A DNA stretch of 64,000 nt from Pseudomonadota bacterium (GTDB taxonomy: Bacteria; Myxococcota; JACRCW01; JAFGSX01), in NCBI GenBank assembly GCA_043821645.1, contig JBDRCO010000051.1:64001-128000 (forward strand). The letters are read 5' to 3'. The translations under genes and the position numbers were made by a program. This document shows, piece after piece, positions 36,683-45,659 of the stretch (position 1 is the first letter of the stretch; each line of letters starts with the position of its first letter). Under the pieces are notes generated by a model that had not been told where the DNA came from, made no database searches, and saw only the letters and a program-made list of their open reading frames with translations.

Positions 36683-38725
36683 ATGGCCAAGATTCTCATC
36701 GTCGACGACGACGCCAACTTCAGAGAAACGGTGCAGGCCCTGCTGGCCGACGAAGGTCACGAGGCGGCCATCGCCGAGAACGGCATGGTGGCCATCCAGA
36801 CCTTCAACAACGTCGAGCCCGATCTGGTGCTGCTCGACATGATGATGCCCAAGATGGGTGGTTTTGACTGCGCCCAGGCGCTGCGCGAGACCCCGCTTGG
36901 CGCCAAGATCCCGATCGTCTTTGTCAGCGGCGTGTACAAGAACGCCAAGACCATGTCCGAGGGCTTCGATCGATTCCAGTGCGTCGAATACCTGCTCAAG
37001 CCCTTCGACGTCGATGTGCTCCTGGCCGCCCTGGCCAAAGGCCTGGGTGAGGCGGCCGCGGCGGCTCAACCCCTGGTGGCCGCGGAACCCCTTCCCGAGG
37101 CCGGACGGTTGGTCGACACCTCGGTGGCGTCGCTGCTGCTTCGTGTCGTGGACGACAAGCACAGTGGCATCCTGGATCTCTTTGGCGAGAGCCAGCGGGC
37201 ACGCCTGTTCTTCTACCGTGGTACCGCGGTCATGGCGCAGACACGCAATCCGCAGTTGAACGTCGGCATGACGCTGCTGCGGCAGGGACAGATGTCGGCT
37301 TTTGACTACAAGGCTCTGCTCGAGCACGTGGAGAGCAACCAGGTTGGGCTCCACCAGGCGCTCAAGGACTTCAAGTCGGTTCAGGAGCCCGCCATCAAGG
37401 AGGCCTACAAGAAGGTCATCCCGCAGATCGTCGCGGACTGCGTGGCCATGACAGGCAACTTCAGGTGGATCGCCGGCGAGGCCTTCATGCGCCTGATCCC
37501 CACCACCTCGTGCCCCATCCTCCCGGCGCTCTACCTCGGGGTCCTGGAGGCTCCGATGAGCCTGCTCGAGGCGCACATGGAGCCTCGCAAGCACCTGAGG
37601 CTGAACAAGGGGCCCAAGTGGCAGGCGGGCAAGAAGCACCTGAGCGAGGGTTTGCGCAGTGATGAGGTGCTGCGCTCGGTCAACGGACGCGCGCGCATCG
37701 GCCAGATCTACGGTTCCGCACCGGACTCCGATAAAAAGCGATCGCGGCTGGCTCAACTCTTTATGCTGCTCGCCTCGGACGCGGTACTGATGAGCGAGGA
37801 GATCGTCGAGGTGGAGCCCTCGCTGGTGCAGGAAGCGCCCATCGAGCTGGGCGCCGTGCCCGAGGTGGAGATCGACGAGTCCAGGTTCCAGGCACCCACC
37901 GCCTCGTCGGTGGTCTCGACTGCCACGGCCGAGGCCTTCGTTACCAACGACGATGTCGATGCGCAGGTCGATAGTGCGATCGAGTTCACGGCGGAGGAGC
38001 AGGAAGCACGGGAGAAGATCCTGGCCAAGTTCGCGGAGGTCCGGCACCAGGACTTTTACGAGCTGCTGGGCCTGCCACGCGACAAGTTCGACGTCACCGC
38101 AGCCAAGAAGGCCTACTTCCAGCTCGCTCGCGAGTTCCACACCGACAGCTACAGCAGCATGAAGATCGGCAGCGCCCAGGGCAAGCTCGAGGCGATCTTT
38201 GCCAAGATCTCCGAGGCCTACGACGTCCTGGGAAACGAGAGCAAGCGCACGGAATACAACGCCAAGCTGGATCTGACTGCCGACGGCACGACCATGGACG
38301 TCGGAGCCATCTTCGAAGCCGAGAGCCTGATGGACAAGGCTCGCATCGTGTCGGACCGCGGCGACTTCACCTCGGCCGCGCGTTACCTCGACGAGGCCAT
38401 TGCCAAGTACCAGAGCCCCATGATCGAGGTGTGGCACGTGTACTGTAACTGGCGTGCGCGCGGCAACCCCCCCGACGACGTGCCCGCCAATGTGAAGCGC
38501 ATCGAGGAGATCCTCTCAGGCGCCACGGTCGAGCGCGGCCTGGAGTTCTGTGGCGTCATGTGCCGCATCGTGGATGACATCCCCCGGGCCAAGAAGTACC
38601 TGCAAAAGGCGGCGCGCGAAGAAGGAAAGAGTCCCAACGTCGAGCGCGAGCTGCGCCTGGTTCAGAAAAGAGAAGCCGAGCTGGCGAAGAAGCCCAGCGC
38701 CCTGGGCAAGCTCTTCAGCAAGTAG
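36683..38725 (+). CDS. Response regulator with REC, DUF4388 (PatA-N), J-like and TPR-like domains
   Basis: ILIVDD, LLDMMMP, KPF; SGILDL..LFFYRG; DFYELLGL...KKAYFQLAREFHTD...ISEAYDVL. Confidence 0.88.
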   Translation: MAKILIVDDDANFRETVQALLADEGHEAAIAENGMVAIQTFNNVEPDLVLLDMMMPKMGGFDCAQALRETPLGAKIPIVFVSGVYKNAKTMSEGFDRFQCVEYLLKPFDVDVLLAALAKGLGEAAAAAQPLVAAEPLPEAGRLVDTSVASLLLRVVDDKHSGILDLFGESQRARLFFYRGTAVMAQTRNPQLNVGMTLLRQGQMSAFDYKALLEHVESNQVGLHQALKDFKSVQEPAIKEAYKKVIPQIVADCVAMTGNFRWIAGEAFMRLIPTTSCPILPALYLGVLEAPMSLLEAHMEPRKHLRLNKGPKWQAGKKHLSEGLRSDEVLRSVNGRARIGQIYGSAPDSDKKRSRLAQLFMLLASDAVLMSEEIVEVEPSLVQEAPIELGAVPEVEIDESRFQAPTASSVVSTATAEAFVTNDDVDAQVDSAIEFTAEEQEAREKILAKFAEVRHQDFYELLGLPRDKFDVTAAKKAYFQLAREFHTDSYSSMKIGSAQGKLEAIFAKISEAYDVLGNESKRTEYNAKLDLTADGTTMDVGAIFEAESLMDKARIVSDRGDFTSAARYLDEAIAKYQSPMIEVWHVYCNWRARGNPPDDVPANVKRIEEILSGATVERGLEFCGVMCRIVDDIPRAKKYLQKAAREEGKSPNVERELRLVQKREAELAKKPSALGKLFSK

Positions 38726-38729
38726 ACCG

Positions 38730-39338
38730 TCACCGCCGGATCAGCAGCGTGACGCCGCCCCCCTCCAGGCTGATCGCCTGGGCCATCCCGGGCCAGCGAT
38801 CGGCAAGCTGTCGCCAGTCCTCGGCCGGAACCTCGGGCTCTCGCCCCGCTGCCAGCACGGTGACAGCTTTCCCCTTGCCCAGTGCCTGCTCGATGGCCTG
38901 GAGTTCTGGAGCTGTCGGCGCTGCAGGGTCGGACACAACCACCACCTGGACGTGCGCGGCATCGAGACCGTCGAGGCTGGCGACCGAGGTCCAGGCCGGC
39001 AGCCCGGGCACAACCTGTACCGCGGTCCCCCGGGCGCGCAGCTCGCGAAGGAAGAAACCATGGGGTGTGGCCACCAGTGGGTCCCCGGCCACCGCGAGAG
39101 CGACCTCGTGCACCTGGGCTGCGAGAGCCAGCACGTTTCGCTCCTGCTGGTCCAGGGTGGTGGCCAGCCGCAGCGATCGCCCGAGCAGTGCCTCGAGGGC
39201 TCGCTTCCGGCGCTCGCCTCCCCCGGCGGTGACCAGGTCGAGCCACACCTCCTCGCAGCACCGCAACACGCGCTCCGCGCGCGGTGTCAGATCATCCAGC
39301 TCGGGCGAAGGACCGAGCCCCACCAGCCACAGACTCAT
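38730..39338 (-). CDS. Tetrapyrrole-methylase-fold SAM-dependent methyltransferase, diphthine synthase (Dph5)-like
   Basis: LWLVGLGP..DDLTPRA..VL..CEEVWLD, VALAVAGDPLVATPH, VQVVPG; ATGA overlap with upstream gene. Confidence 0.65.
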   Translation of the reverse strand: MSLWLVGLGPSPELDDLTPRAERVLRCCEEVWLDLVTAGGGERRKRALEALLGRSLRLATTLDQQERNVLALAAQVHEVALAVAGDPLVATPHGFFLRELRARGTAVQVVPGLPAWTSVASLDGLDAAHVQVVVVSDPAAPTAPELQAIEQALGKGKAVTVLAAGREPEVPAEDWRQLADRWPGMAQAISLEGGGVTLLIRR

Positions 39339-40057
39339 GCGGGAATCCCGGCAGCCAGTGTCGTGATCTTCAGCGGCGTGAATTCCAGGTGGTCACTGGC
39401 GACCAGCCTGTAGTGCACGCCCTGCCGGCTGCCCTCGACGGCAGTGCGGTGCGCCGCTGGACCGTGGAGGTGTCCATAGACGCACAGGGCCACGCTGTAG
39501 CGCTCGAGGAGTTCGGTAAAAGCGCTGCAGCTTCCGTCGGGAGCAAAGGGAGGGTAGTGCACGGCCGCGATGAGGGAGCCGCTGGCACCAGCGAGCTGGC
39601 GCCCCACCTGCAACGACATCTCCAGGCGCTGTACCTCCCGGCGCAGGATCTTGTCGTCGTCGGGCCCGAACTCCGAGGTCCCCGGCTGGGACCACAGGCG
39701 GGATCCGGCGATGACCCACTCGCCAACGACGATGGCGTCATTCTGCAGGGCCAGACAGCGCTCGGGCAGCGCCGCACGAACCTTGCCGATCGAACTCCAC
39801 CAGTAGTCGTGATTGCCACGTCCGAGGATCTTTGTACCCGGACGGGCGGCGATCCATTCGAGGTCCGCTGCGGCCTCGTCCAGCCGCAGGGCCCAGGACA
39901 GATCTCCGGGGCAGAGCACCAGATCGTCGTCTCCCACGCACCGATCCCAGGCCTCGGCCATCCGTGCCACGTGGTCCTGCCAGGCTGCACCAAAGACGTC
40001 CATGGGCTTGTTGCTCCCATGAGACAGGTGCAGATCTGCGATGGCGAACAGCTCCAT
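39335..40057 (-). CDS. Calcineurin-like metallophosphoesterase
   Basis: ADLHLS, PGDLSWA, GNHDYWW, HYPP, YGHLHG. Confidence 0.92.
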   Translation of the reverse strand: MELFAIADLHLSHGSNKPMDVFGAAWQDHVARMAEAWDRCVGDDDLVLCPGDLSWALRLDEAAADLEWIAARPGTKILGRGNHDYWWSSIGKVRAALPERCLALQNDAIVVGEWVIAGSRLWSQPGTSEFGPDDDKILRREVQRLEMSLQVGRQLAGASGSLIAAVHYPPFAPDGSCSAFTELLERYSVALCVYGHLHGPAAHRTAVEGSRQGVHYRLVASDHLEFTPLKITTLAAGIPA

Positions 40058-40199
40058 GGCTTCGAGTGTTTAGTGAAAAGCCGGGCCCCTGGCCAGAGGG
40101 GACAGCGTCCTGACACCCCGATCACGTCCAGAAACGTGCGCTGGCCACGAGGGCGGTGTATGTATGGCGGGACAAGGGGTGGCCGATCGACGAGGCGAG

Positions 40200-41822
40200 A
40201 TGAGCGCACAAACGCGCATTTCAGCTGTCCTGACCGCGATGATCCTGGTGGGCGCATCCTCGTGTCGCACCACGCCCTCCGGGTCCACGTCGCCCACATC
40301 CGCCCCCGCACAGGTCGTTCAAGCAAGCGCAGAACCCTTCGAACTGCCCATCCTCTTCACCTCGGATGAGCATGGCTGGCTAGAGCCCCACCTGTCGGAT
40401 GAAGGGCGCGCCTACGAGGGCGGCATGGCCTACCTGCTGGGCCACTGGAAAGGTGCCTTCGACTACAAGCCAGAACGCTTCCTGGTGCTCTCCGGGGGCG
40501 ATGCCTGGACCGGCCCCTATGAATCCACAGTCCTGCATGGGGCTCCGGTGGTCGCCTTCATGAACCTGGCGGGCTACGACGCACAGATCATAGGTAACCA
40601 CGACTTCGACTTCGGCGCCGACGTGCTGCTGACCCGCGCCCGCGAGGCACACTATCCGCTGCTGGCGGCCAACCTGCACCGGGTGAGTTCGACGGTGCGA
40701 CCGCCCTACGCCGTGGGTCAAGCAGTGAGCCACGTCAACGGCCGGCGCATCGGGATCGTGGGCCTGGCCAACCTCGACACGCCGGTGGTGACGCACCCGC
40801 GCAATGTTGCGGGGCTGGCCTTCAGCCCGCTCGAGGGTGCGCTGCGACGGGAGGTCGCCGCGCTCCGCGCCACCGCCGTCGACGTGGTAGTTGCCGTGAT
40901 CCACGAGCCAGTCGAGGAACTGCTGCCCCTGGTCCCAGTGTTTCGGGAACTGGGCATCTCCTTCGTCGGCTCCGGTCACTCGCACCACCGGGGACTGACG
41001 GTGGATCCCGGGAGCGATCCCACGACGGCCGATGACGTCGTGGTGTGTAATCCAGGTCCCTATGCGCGTGCCTTCTGCCACGTGACCTTGCGCTTTGCCG
41101 GCCAACCACCCCGGCTGATGGGACATGACGAGGACATCGTGCAGGTGCGCGGTCGGATCGACGCCCCAACCTATCCGCCGGACGAGGCTGCCCTGGCCAT
41201 CGTCCAGCACGCGCGAGACTCGGCGTCCTCTGCTGGTGCCGAGGTGCTGGCAAGCACCGCGCAGGGACTCAGCCGCGGGGACCCGGATCAACGGCTTGGG
41301 CACCTGGTCGTGGATGCCTGGCTGGAGGCCCTGCCCCAGGCTCAGGTGGCGATCACCAACGCCGGCGGGCTGCGGCAGGACATCGATGTCGGAGACATCA
41401 GCATGCGCACCCTGGTGGGTGTGCTCCCCTTCGACAACTACCTGCTCCTCGTCGAGCTGACCGGTGCACAGCTCAAGAAAATCCTCGCCCACCCCCAGAC
41501 CATCGCCGGGGGTGTGCGCTTCCGGTACCGGTGCAACGGGGACGGAACGCGCCAGGTGATCGAGGTCCGGGACCTGAACAACAAGCTCCTGGACGACGAC
41601 AAGCCCTACCGAGTGGTGGTCAACGAGTTCATCTACCGGGGCGGCGACCGCTATCGCATTCGCGAGTTCGATCCGCATCCCGAGGAGACCGCATTGCACT
41701 GGCGGGAACCTGTGGCCCGGCACCTGCGGCAACTCACGCGGGACGGCAAGACCGCGGACCTGCCCATCGATGGACGCGCTCGGCCCACCGACGAGGGCTC
41801 GGGCTGCCAGCCCAAGGACTGA
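40200..41822 (+). CDS. 5'-nucleotidase/UDP-sugar hydrolase family lipoprotein
   Basis: Lipobox-like ASSC; TSDEHG, GGDAWTG, GNHDFDFG, GHSH; C-domain NAGGLR, LPFDN, GGD.Y. Confidence 0.9.
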   Translation: MSAQTRISAVLTAMILVGASSCRTTPSGSTSPTSAPAQVVQASAEPFELPILFTSDEHGWLEPHLSDEGRAYEGGMAYLLGHWKGAFDYKPERFLVLSGGDAWTGPYESTVLHGAPVVAFMNLAGYDAQIIGNHDFDFGADVLLTRAREAHYPLLAANLHRVSSTVRPPYAVGQAVSHVNGRRIGIVGLANLDTPVVTHPRNVAGLAFSPLEGALRREVAALRATAVDVVVAVIHEPVEELLPLVPVFRELGISFVGSGHSHHRGLTVDPGSDPTTADDVVVCNPGPYARAFCHVTLRFAGQPPRLMGHDEDIVQVRGRIDAPTYPPDEAALAIVQHARDSASSAGAEVLASTAQGLSRGDPDQRLGHLVVDAWLEALPQAQVAITNAGGLRQDIDVGDISMRTLVGVLPFDNYLLLVELTGAQLKKILAHPQTIAGGVRFRYRCNGDGTRQVIEVRDLNNKLLDDDKPYRVVVNEFIYRGGDRYRIREFDPHPEETALHWREPVARHLRQLTRDGKTADLPIDGRARPTDEGSGCQPKD

Positions 41823-41906
41823 TCCGGGGCTCGCCCAGCCTGCCCGGTCAGGTTAAACTGCTACGGATTGCGGGCATCCGTTCCTCGCACGATCAGGGAG
41901 TATCTC

Positions 41907-43154
41907 GTGGCCAATGTCATGGAGCTGATGCGCGAGTACAAGAACCTGAAGGCGATGCAGCAGGCTGGCAAGCTGTCCCAGGGGGACGAGGACAGGCTGC
42001 GGGAGGTGGCAGCCTACCTGCAGGGTGCCATGGCGTCGCGCAAGGAGGGTGGCACCGCTGCCGCGGCCAAGCCAGCGCCCACCGCGGCCACCACCTCCGC
42101 TGCCCCTGCTGCGCCAAAGCCAACGGTCCCTGCTGCGCCAAAGCCAGCGGTCCCGGCAGCGCCAAAGCCAGCAGTCGCAGCCGCGCCCAAACCCGCACCG
42201 GCAGCGCCGTCCAAACCCCTGTGGCAAAAACAGCAGGAGGAGGACGCCGAACGCCAGAAACGCGCACAGGCGCTGTTCCAGGTCGCGGTCCCCGACGAGG
42301 TGATGGAGTACGAGCCCACGGTCAGCCCGGACAGTGGACCGCTGGAGCATGTGGTGCTCGAGAACGAAACGGGTGTCTCGTTCGCCCCCGAAATTGACAT
42401 TGACAACGACCCGCGCTTCAAGCAGCCACCCAAGCACAAGCCCCGACCTCGCACCATCGACGAGCTGCAGCAGCAACTCGAGCAAGTCCACAGCCAATCC
42501 CTGTATTCCACCTCCTTCGATGAGCTGCAGGCCGAGTACTATTACGAGTACTTCGACGAGGGCTATGGCCTGGTCGACAACGAGGCGGAGGTCGAGGCGG
42601 AGACCATCGATCCGCGGGAGATCGAGCTGCGCCGGGCGGGTCTGATCTCCGATACCGGCACACCGGGTGAAGGTGCAGCCAGCATCACCGCCGTTCCGGG
42701 CGGGGTGTTCCTGGACGATTTCATGGTGCTGTACGAGAAGGGCGTGCTGCCCCGGCCGGAGGACGACGAGGAGCCCGAGCTCGAGGATCCCAACGCCCTG
42801 GTTCCGGGCAAGCGCAAGGTCGCCCTGCACATGCTCAGTGGCGAGGTAAAGCGCGGCAGTGTCGCCAAGATCCTGCGCGGTGCGCCGGTCTTCGTGTTCC
42901 AGCCCGAGCGCGGCAAGGGTGAAGAGATCGATTTCGGCAGCATCAAGGCGCTCTTCATCATGCGCAGCAAGAATCCTCCAACGCCCGGGGCTGCGGCGCG
43001 CCGCCTGACGGTCGAGTTCAAGGACCGCCGACGCATCCAGGGCGTGTCCTGGGATTTTCAGCCCGGGCAGCCCATGTTCACGCTGGTACCCCAGGGTCCG
43101 GGTAACTTCGAGCTGGTCATCATCAACGTCGCGGCTGCGGCCCGGATCGGCTGA
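41907..43154 (+). CDS. Hypothetical protein with Ala/Pro/Lys linker, acidic middle and C-terminal duplicated beta domain (DUF6982-like)
   Basis: GTG 41907 after GGGAG; KVALHMLSGEVKRG...IKALFIM...LTVEFKDRRRIQG..F.LVP pattern; PAAPK repeats. Confidence 0.75.
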   Translation: MANVMELMREYKNLKAMQQAGKLSQGDEDRLREVAAYLQGAMASRKEGGTAAAAKPAPTAATTSAAPAAPKPTVPAAPKPAVPAAPKPAVAAAPKPAPAAPSKPLWQKQQEEDAERQKRAQALFQVAVPDEVMEYEPTVSPDSGPLEHVVLENETGVSFAPEIDIDNDPRFKQPPKHKPRPRTIDELQQQLEQVHSQSLYSTSFDELQAEYYYEYFDEGYGLVDNEAEVEAETIDPREIELRRAGLISDTGTPGEGAASITAVPGGVFLDDFMVLYEKGVLPRPEDDEEPELEDPNALVPGKRKVALHMLSGEVKRGSVAKILRGAPVFVFQPERGKGEEIDFGSIKALFIMRSKNPPTPGAAARRLTVEFKDRRRIQGVSWDFQPGQPMFTLVPQGPGNFELVIINVAAAARIG

Positions 43155-43175
43155 ATCCTGGACATCAGCTCAGGG

Positions 43176-44705
43176 TCATTGCTCGCTCTCGGAGAGACGC
43201 GTTCGGCCCTCGCCGTATCTGAAGGTCGAGGACCAGAACACGTAGATGAGGAATTCCTGCGTGTCGACGGGGCGCACCGCAGGGTCGGTGGACTCGAAGA
43301 AACGCGCACCTGGGCTGACCACGCGCGCTTTCTGGCCCCACCCAAAAACGGTGCAAAGGCCCAGACGCGACAGTGAGTTCTCTCCGAAGTAGCCAGCCGT
43401 CAACGTGGCCCCCACATGGTCCACGTTGGAGACCCTGGTCGACGCATTCGTGAGGTAACCCTTGTCGTCGACGGCGTAGTCCGGGGCACTCGAGAGATCG
43501 GTGAACAGTCCCACCCCCAGGGAAATATCCCCTCGCAGGAGTTTCTCGACGCCCAGGTTGACGTTGCCTGTCCACTGGCGATCGACCTCGACCGGGATGG
43601 GGCTCTGGCGCCGGATGTTTGCAGGCAGCGGCGTGAAGGTGTCCTGGCCCAGCAGGGCCACCTGGCACAGCGGCGTGAACTCACCGACGATATCCACGTT
43701 GCAGGCATCCCCGACGAGTTCATAGCGGGTGGGCGCGTACAGGCTGAGGTCCAGGGTCAGGGTGAAGTCGTTGGCCTTGACGTAGGCCAGGCCGAGCCGC
43801 GCCGTGAGCGGCATCAGCGACCCCTCGTAGCGCACCCGCGACTGCACCGCGCCGAGATTGGTTTCGGGAACACCACCCGTCGTCGACACGTAGTTGGCCC
43901 GGGCGCTGCGCACGCCGAAGCTTCCGCGCTGGAAGACCGACAGCGAGGGAGAGGTGAGCGCCAGACCGATGAGCCAGCGGCGGCTGGGATGAAACTTGGC
44001 GCCGAGGATCACGGCCAGCGAGGCATTGGTGAGGCTCAGATCCGAGGTGCTGGTCAGGTAGGCCGGCGCCGTGTCGAGCGTGCTGATGTCGAGCAGGGTG
44101 AATTCCTCGACCATGTCGATGAGCCGCAGGCTGGTCTGCAGGGCAGCGCCCAGGCGAAGCCAAGGCCCCACCCTGTACGCATAGCCGGCCGAGGCCAGGA
44201 TGGTGCGATCAGAGATCCGGCTCGATGTGGACAGGTCAAGGCTGTGTTGCAGATCGTGGCTCTGATGCACGCTCCCACGGTAGGAGGGCACTATCGCCCC
44301 CAGGGCCACACCGTGGGGGAAGCTTCCGTCGGGGAGCTGACGGCCAAAGGCCCAGGCCACGCCGGTAGCCGCCGGGATGATGTTGACTTCGGCGCCGGTG
44401 ATGGGACGTCGCGTGAACTCGTCGATCCAGCGCTGGCCGTCGAGCTCCCCGGCGAAGCTGAGCTGGCGCTCGAAGCCATACAGACTGCTCGAGATGGAGA
44501 GGTTGGCGCGGCGCACGTCGACGATACCGGCGGGATTGAAGTAGAGCCCGGACGAGTCGTCGGCAATGGCAGTGAAGGCGCCTCCCAGTGTCGTCCCCCG
44601 GGCACCAGCCACGAAGTTCTGGTAGTGCGCGTCGTCGGCATGGAGTGTGGAGACCGCGAGGCTCGGCAACAGGCATGCAAGAAGGCGAGCCAGGTCACGC
44701 ATCAT
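43176..44705 (-). CDS. FadL/OmpP1-like outer-membrane transporter
   Basis: Signal peptide; GARGTTLGGAFTAIADDSSGLYFNPAG hatch motif; amphipathic strands. Confidence 0.82.
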   Translation of the reverse strand: MMRDLARLLACLLPSLAVSTLHADDAHYQNFVAGARGTTLGGAFTAIADDSSGLYFNPAGIVDVRRANLSISSSLYGFERQLSFAGELDGQRWIDEFTRRPITGAEVNIIPAATGVAWAFGRQLPDGSFPHGVALGAIVPSYRGSVHQSHDLQHSLDLSTSSRISDRTILASAGYAYRVGPWLRLGAALQTSLRLIDMVEEFTLLDISTLDTAPAYLTSTSDLSLTNASLAVILGAKFHPSRRWLIGLALTSPSLSVFQRGSFGVRSARANYVSTTGGVPETNLGAVQSRVRYEGSLMPLTARLGLAYVKANDFTLTLDLSLYAPTRYELVGDACNVDIVGEFTPLCQVALLGQDTFTPLPANIRRQSPIPVEVDRQWTGNVNLGVEKLLRGDISLGVGLFTDLSSAPDYAVDDKGYLTNASTRVSNVDHVGATLTAGYFGENSLSRLGLCTVFGWGQKARVVSPGARFFESTDPAVRPVDTQEFLIYVFWSSTFRYGEGRTRLSESEQ

Positions 44706-44731
44706 CAACCGTCACCGTGGGGGGATCACTC

Positions 44732-45574
44732 TCAGAGCGCCAGCAAGGCGCCCCCGGCCGCCGCGACGAGGACACCGAGGCCCGCCACGACCCCGGCACC
44801 CACGCCGAGGCCCAGCACCTGACCGTGCAAGTCGCGAGCTTCCTGGCCACTGTCGGCCTGTCCATAGGCGCTGTACTGCATCCCGGAGACGGCTCCGAGG
44901 GCAGCAGCCACGAGCACTCCCGCGCCCCCCACGCCCAGCATGGCGATGGGCAGGATGGGCAGCTCCCCCTCCGGCGAGGATGTGTCGGCGGCTGGCGAGG
45001 CTGCGGTCCCGGGCGACGTCGTCGCCGTGGTCGAGGTCGCGACCGATGCGGGTTCGGGGGTGCCGGCGGCGAGGGCCTCACTGGCGGTACCCCCCGCGGC
45101 ATAGACGGCCATCTCGCGGGCAGCCTGGCGGATGGCCTCGATGAGCACGTCGTCCTCGCCCTTGACAGTCTTGCTCCAGCGCTTCTCGACGCGCGCCGTG
45201 GCGTGATCGATCATGGTCATGTTGAGCACGAAGGTGCTGCCCACCTTGCCGATCTTGCCCGAGATGATCTTGTGCACGCCCAAGGCCCCGGCGATCTCGG
45301 CCAGGCACGAGGTGTCGTCGCAGCCGAGCTTGGACTTCTGAGCCTCGAAGCCCAGCATGGCCTCGATCTCGTCGCGAGACACCACCTGCAGGTTCGAAAA
45401 GCTATCGAACTCGGAGACAAACAGGCCGTACAGGTTCTCGACGGCGTCATCCTTGAAGTTGGGCGCGGTGAACTTCATGACCGCGACCTTGATCTTGTCA
45501 GGCTTGGCCGATGCCGGCTCGGCCGCAGCAGCCGCCAGGATCAGAGCCGAGGTCAAGAGCGTCGTCGTCACCAT
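44732..45574 (-). CDS. Exported TolB-N/CsgG-like domain protein with C-terminal hydrophobic helices
   Basis: Signal peptide; VAVMKF...LGCDDTSCLAEIAGALGV..IISGKIGKVG; Gly-rich hydrophobic C-terminus. Confidence 0.75.
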   Translation of the reverse strand: MVTTTLLTSALILAAAAAEPASAKPDKIKVAVMKFTAPNFKDDAVENLYGLFVSEFDSFSNLQVVSRDEIEAMLGFEAQKSKLGCDDTSCLAEIAGALGVHKIISGKIGKVGSTFVLNMTMIDHATARVEKRWSKTVKGEDDVLIEAIRQAAREMAVYAAGGTASEALAAGTPEPASVATSTTATTSPGTAASPAADTSSPEGELPILPIAMLGVGGAGVLVAAALGAVSGMQYSAYGQADSGQEARDLHGQVLGLGVGAGVVAGLGVLVAAAGGALLAL

Positions 45575-45659
45575 CTGTCACCTCGCGGTTGCCCGGGGAC
45601 GTTCGGATACCATTGTATCAGCTGGAGCCATCTGGGGCCGCACCAGGCCCTGGACCCCA

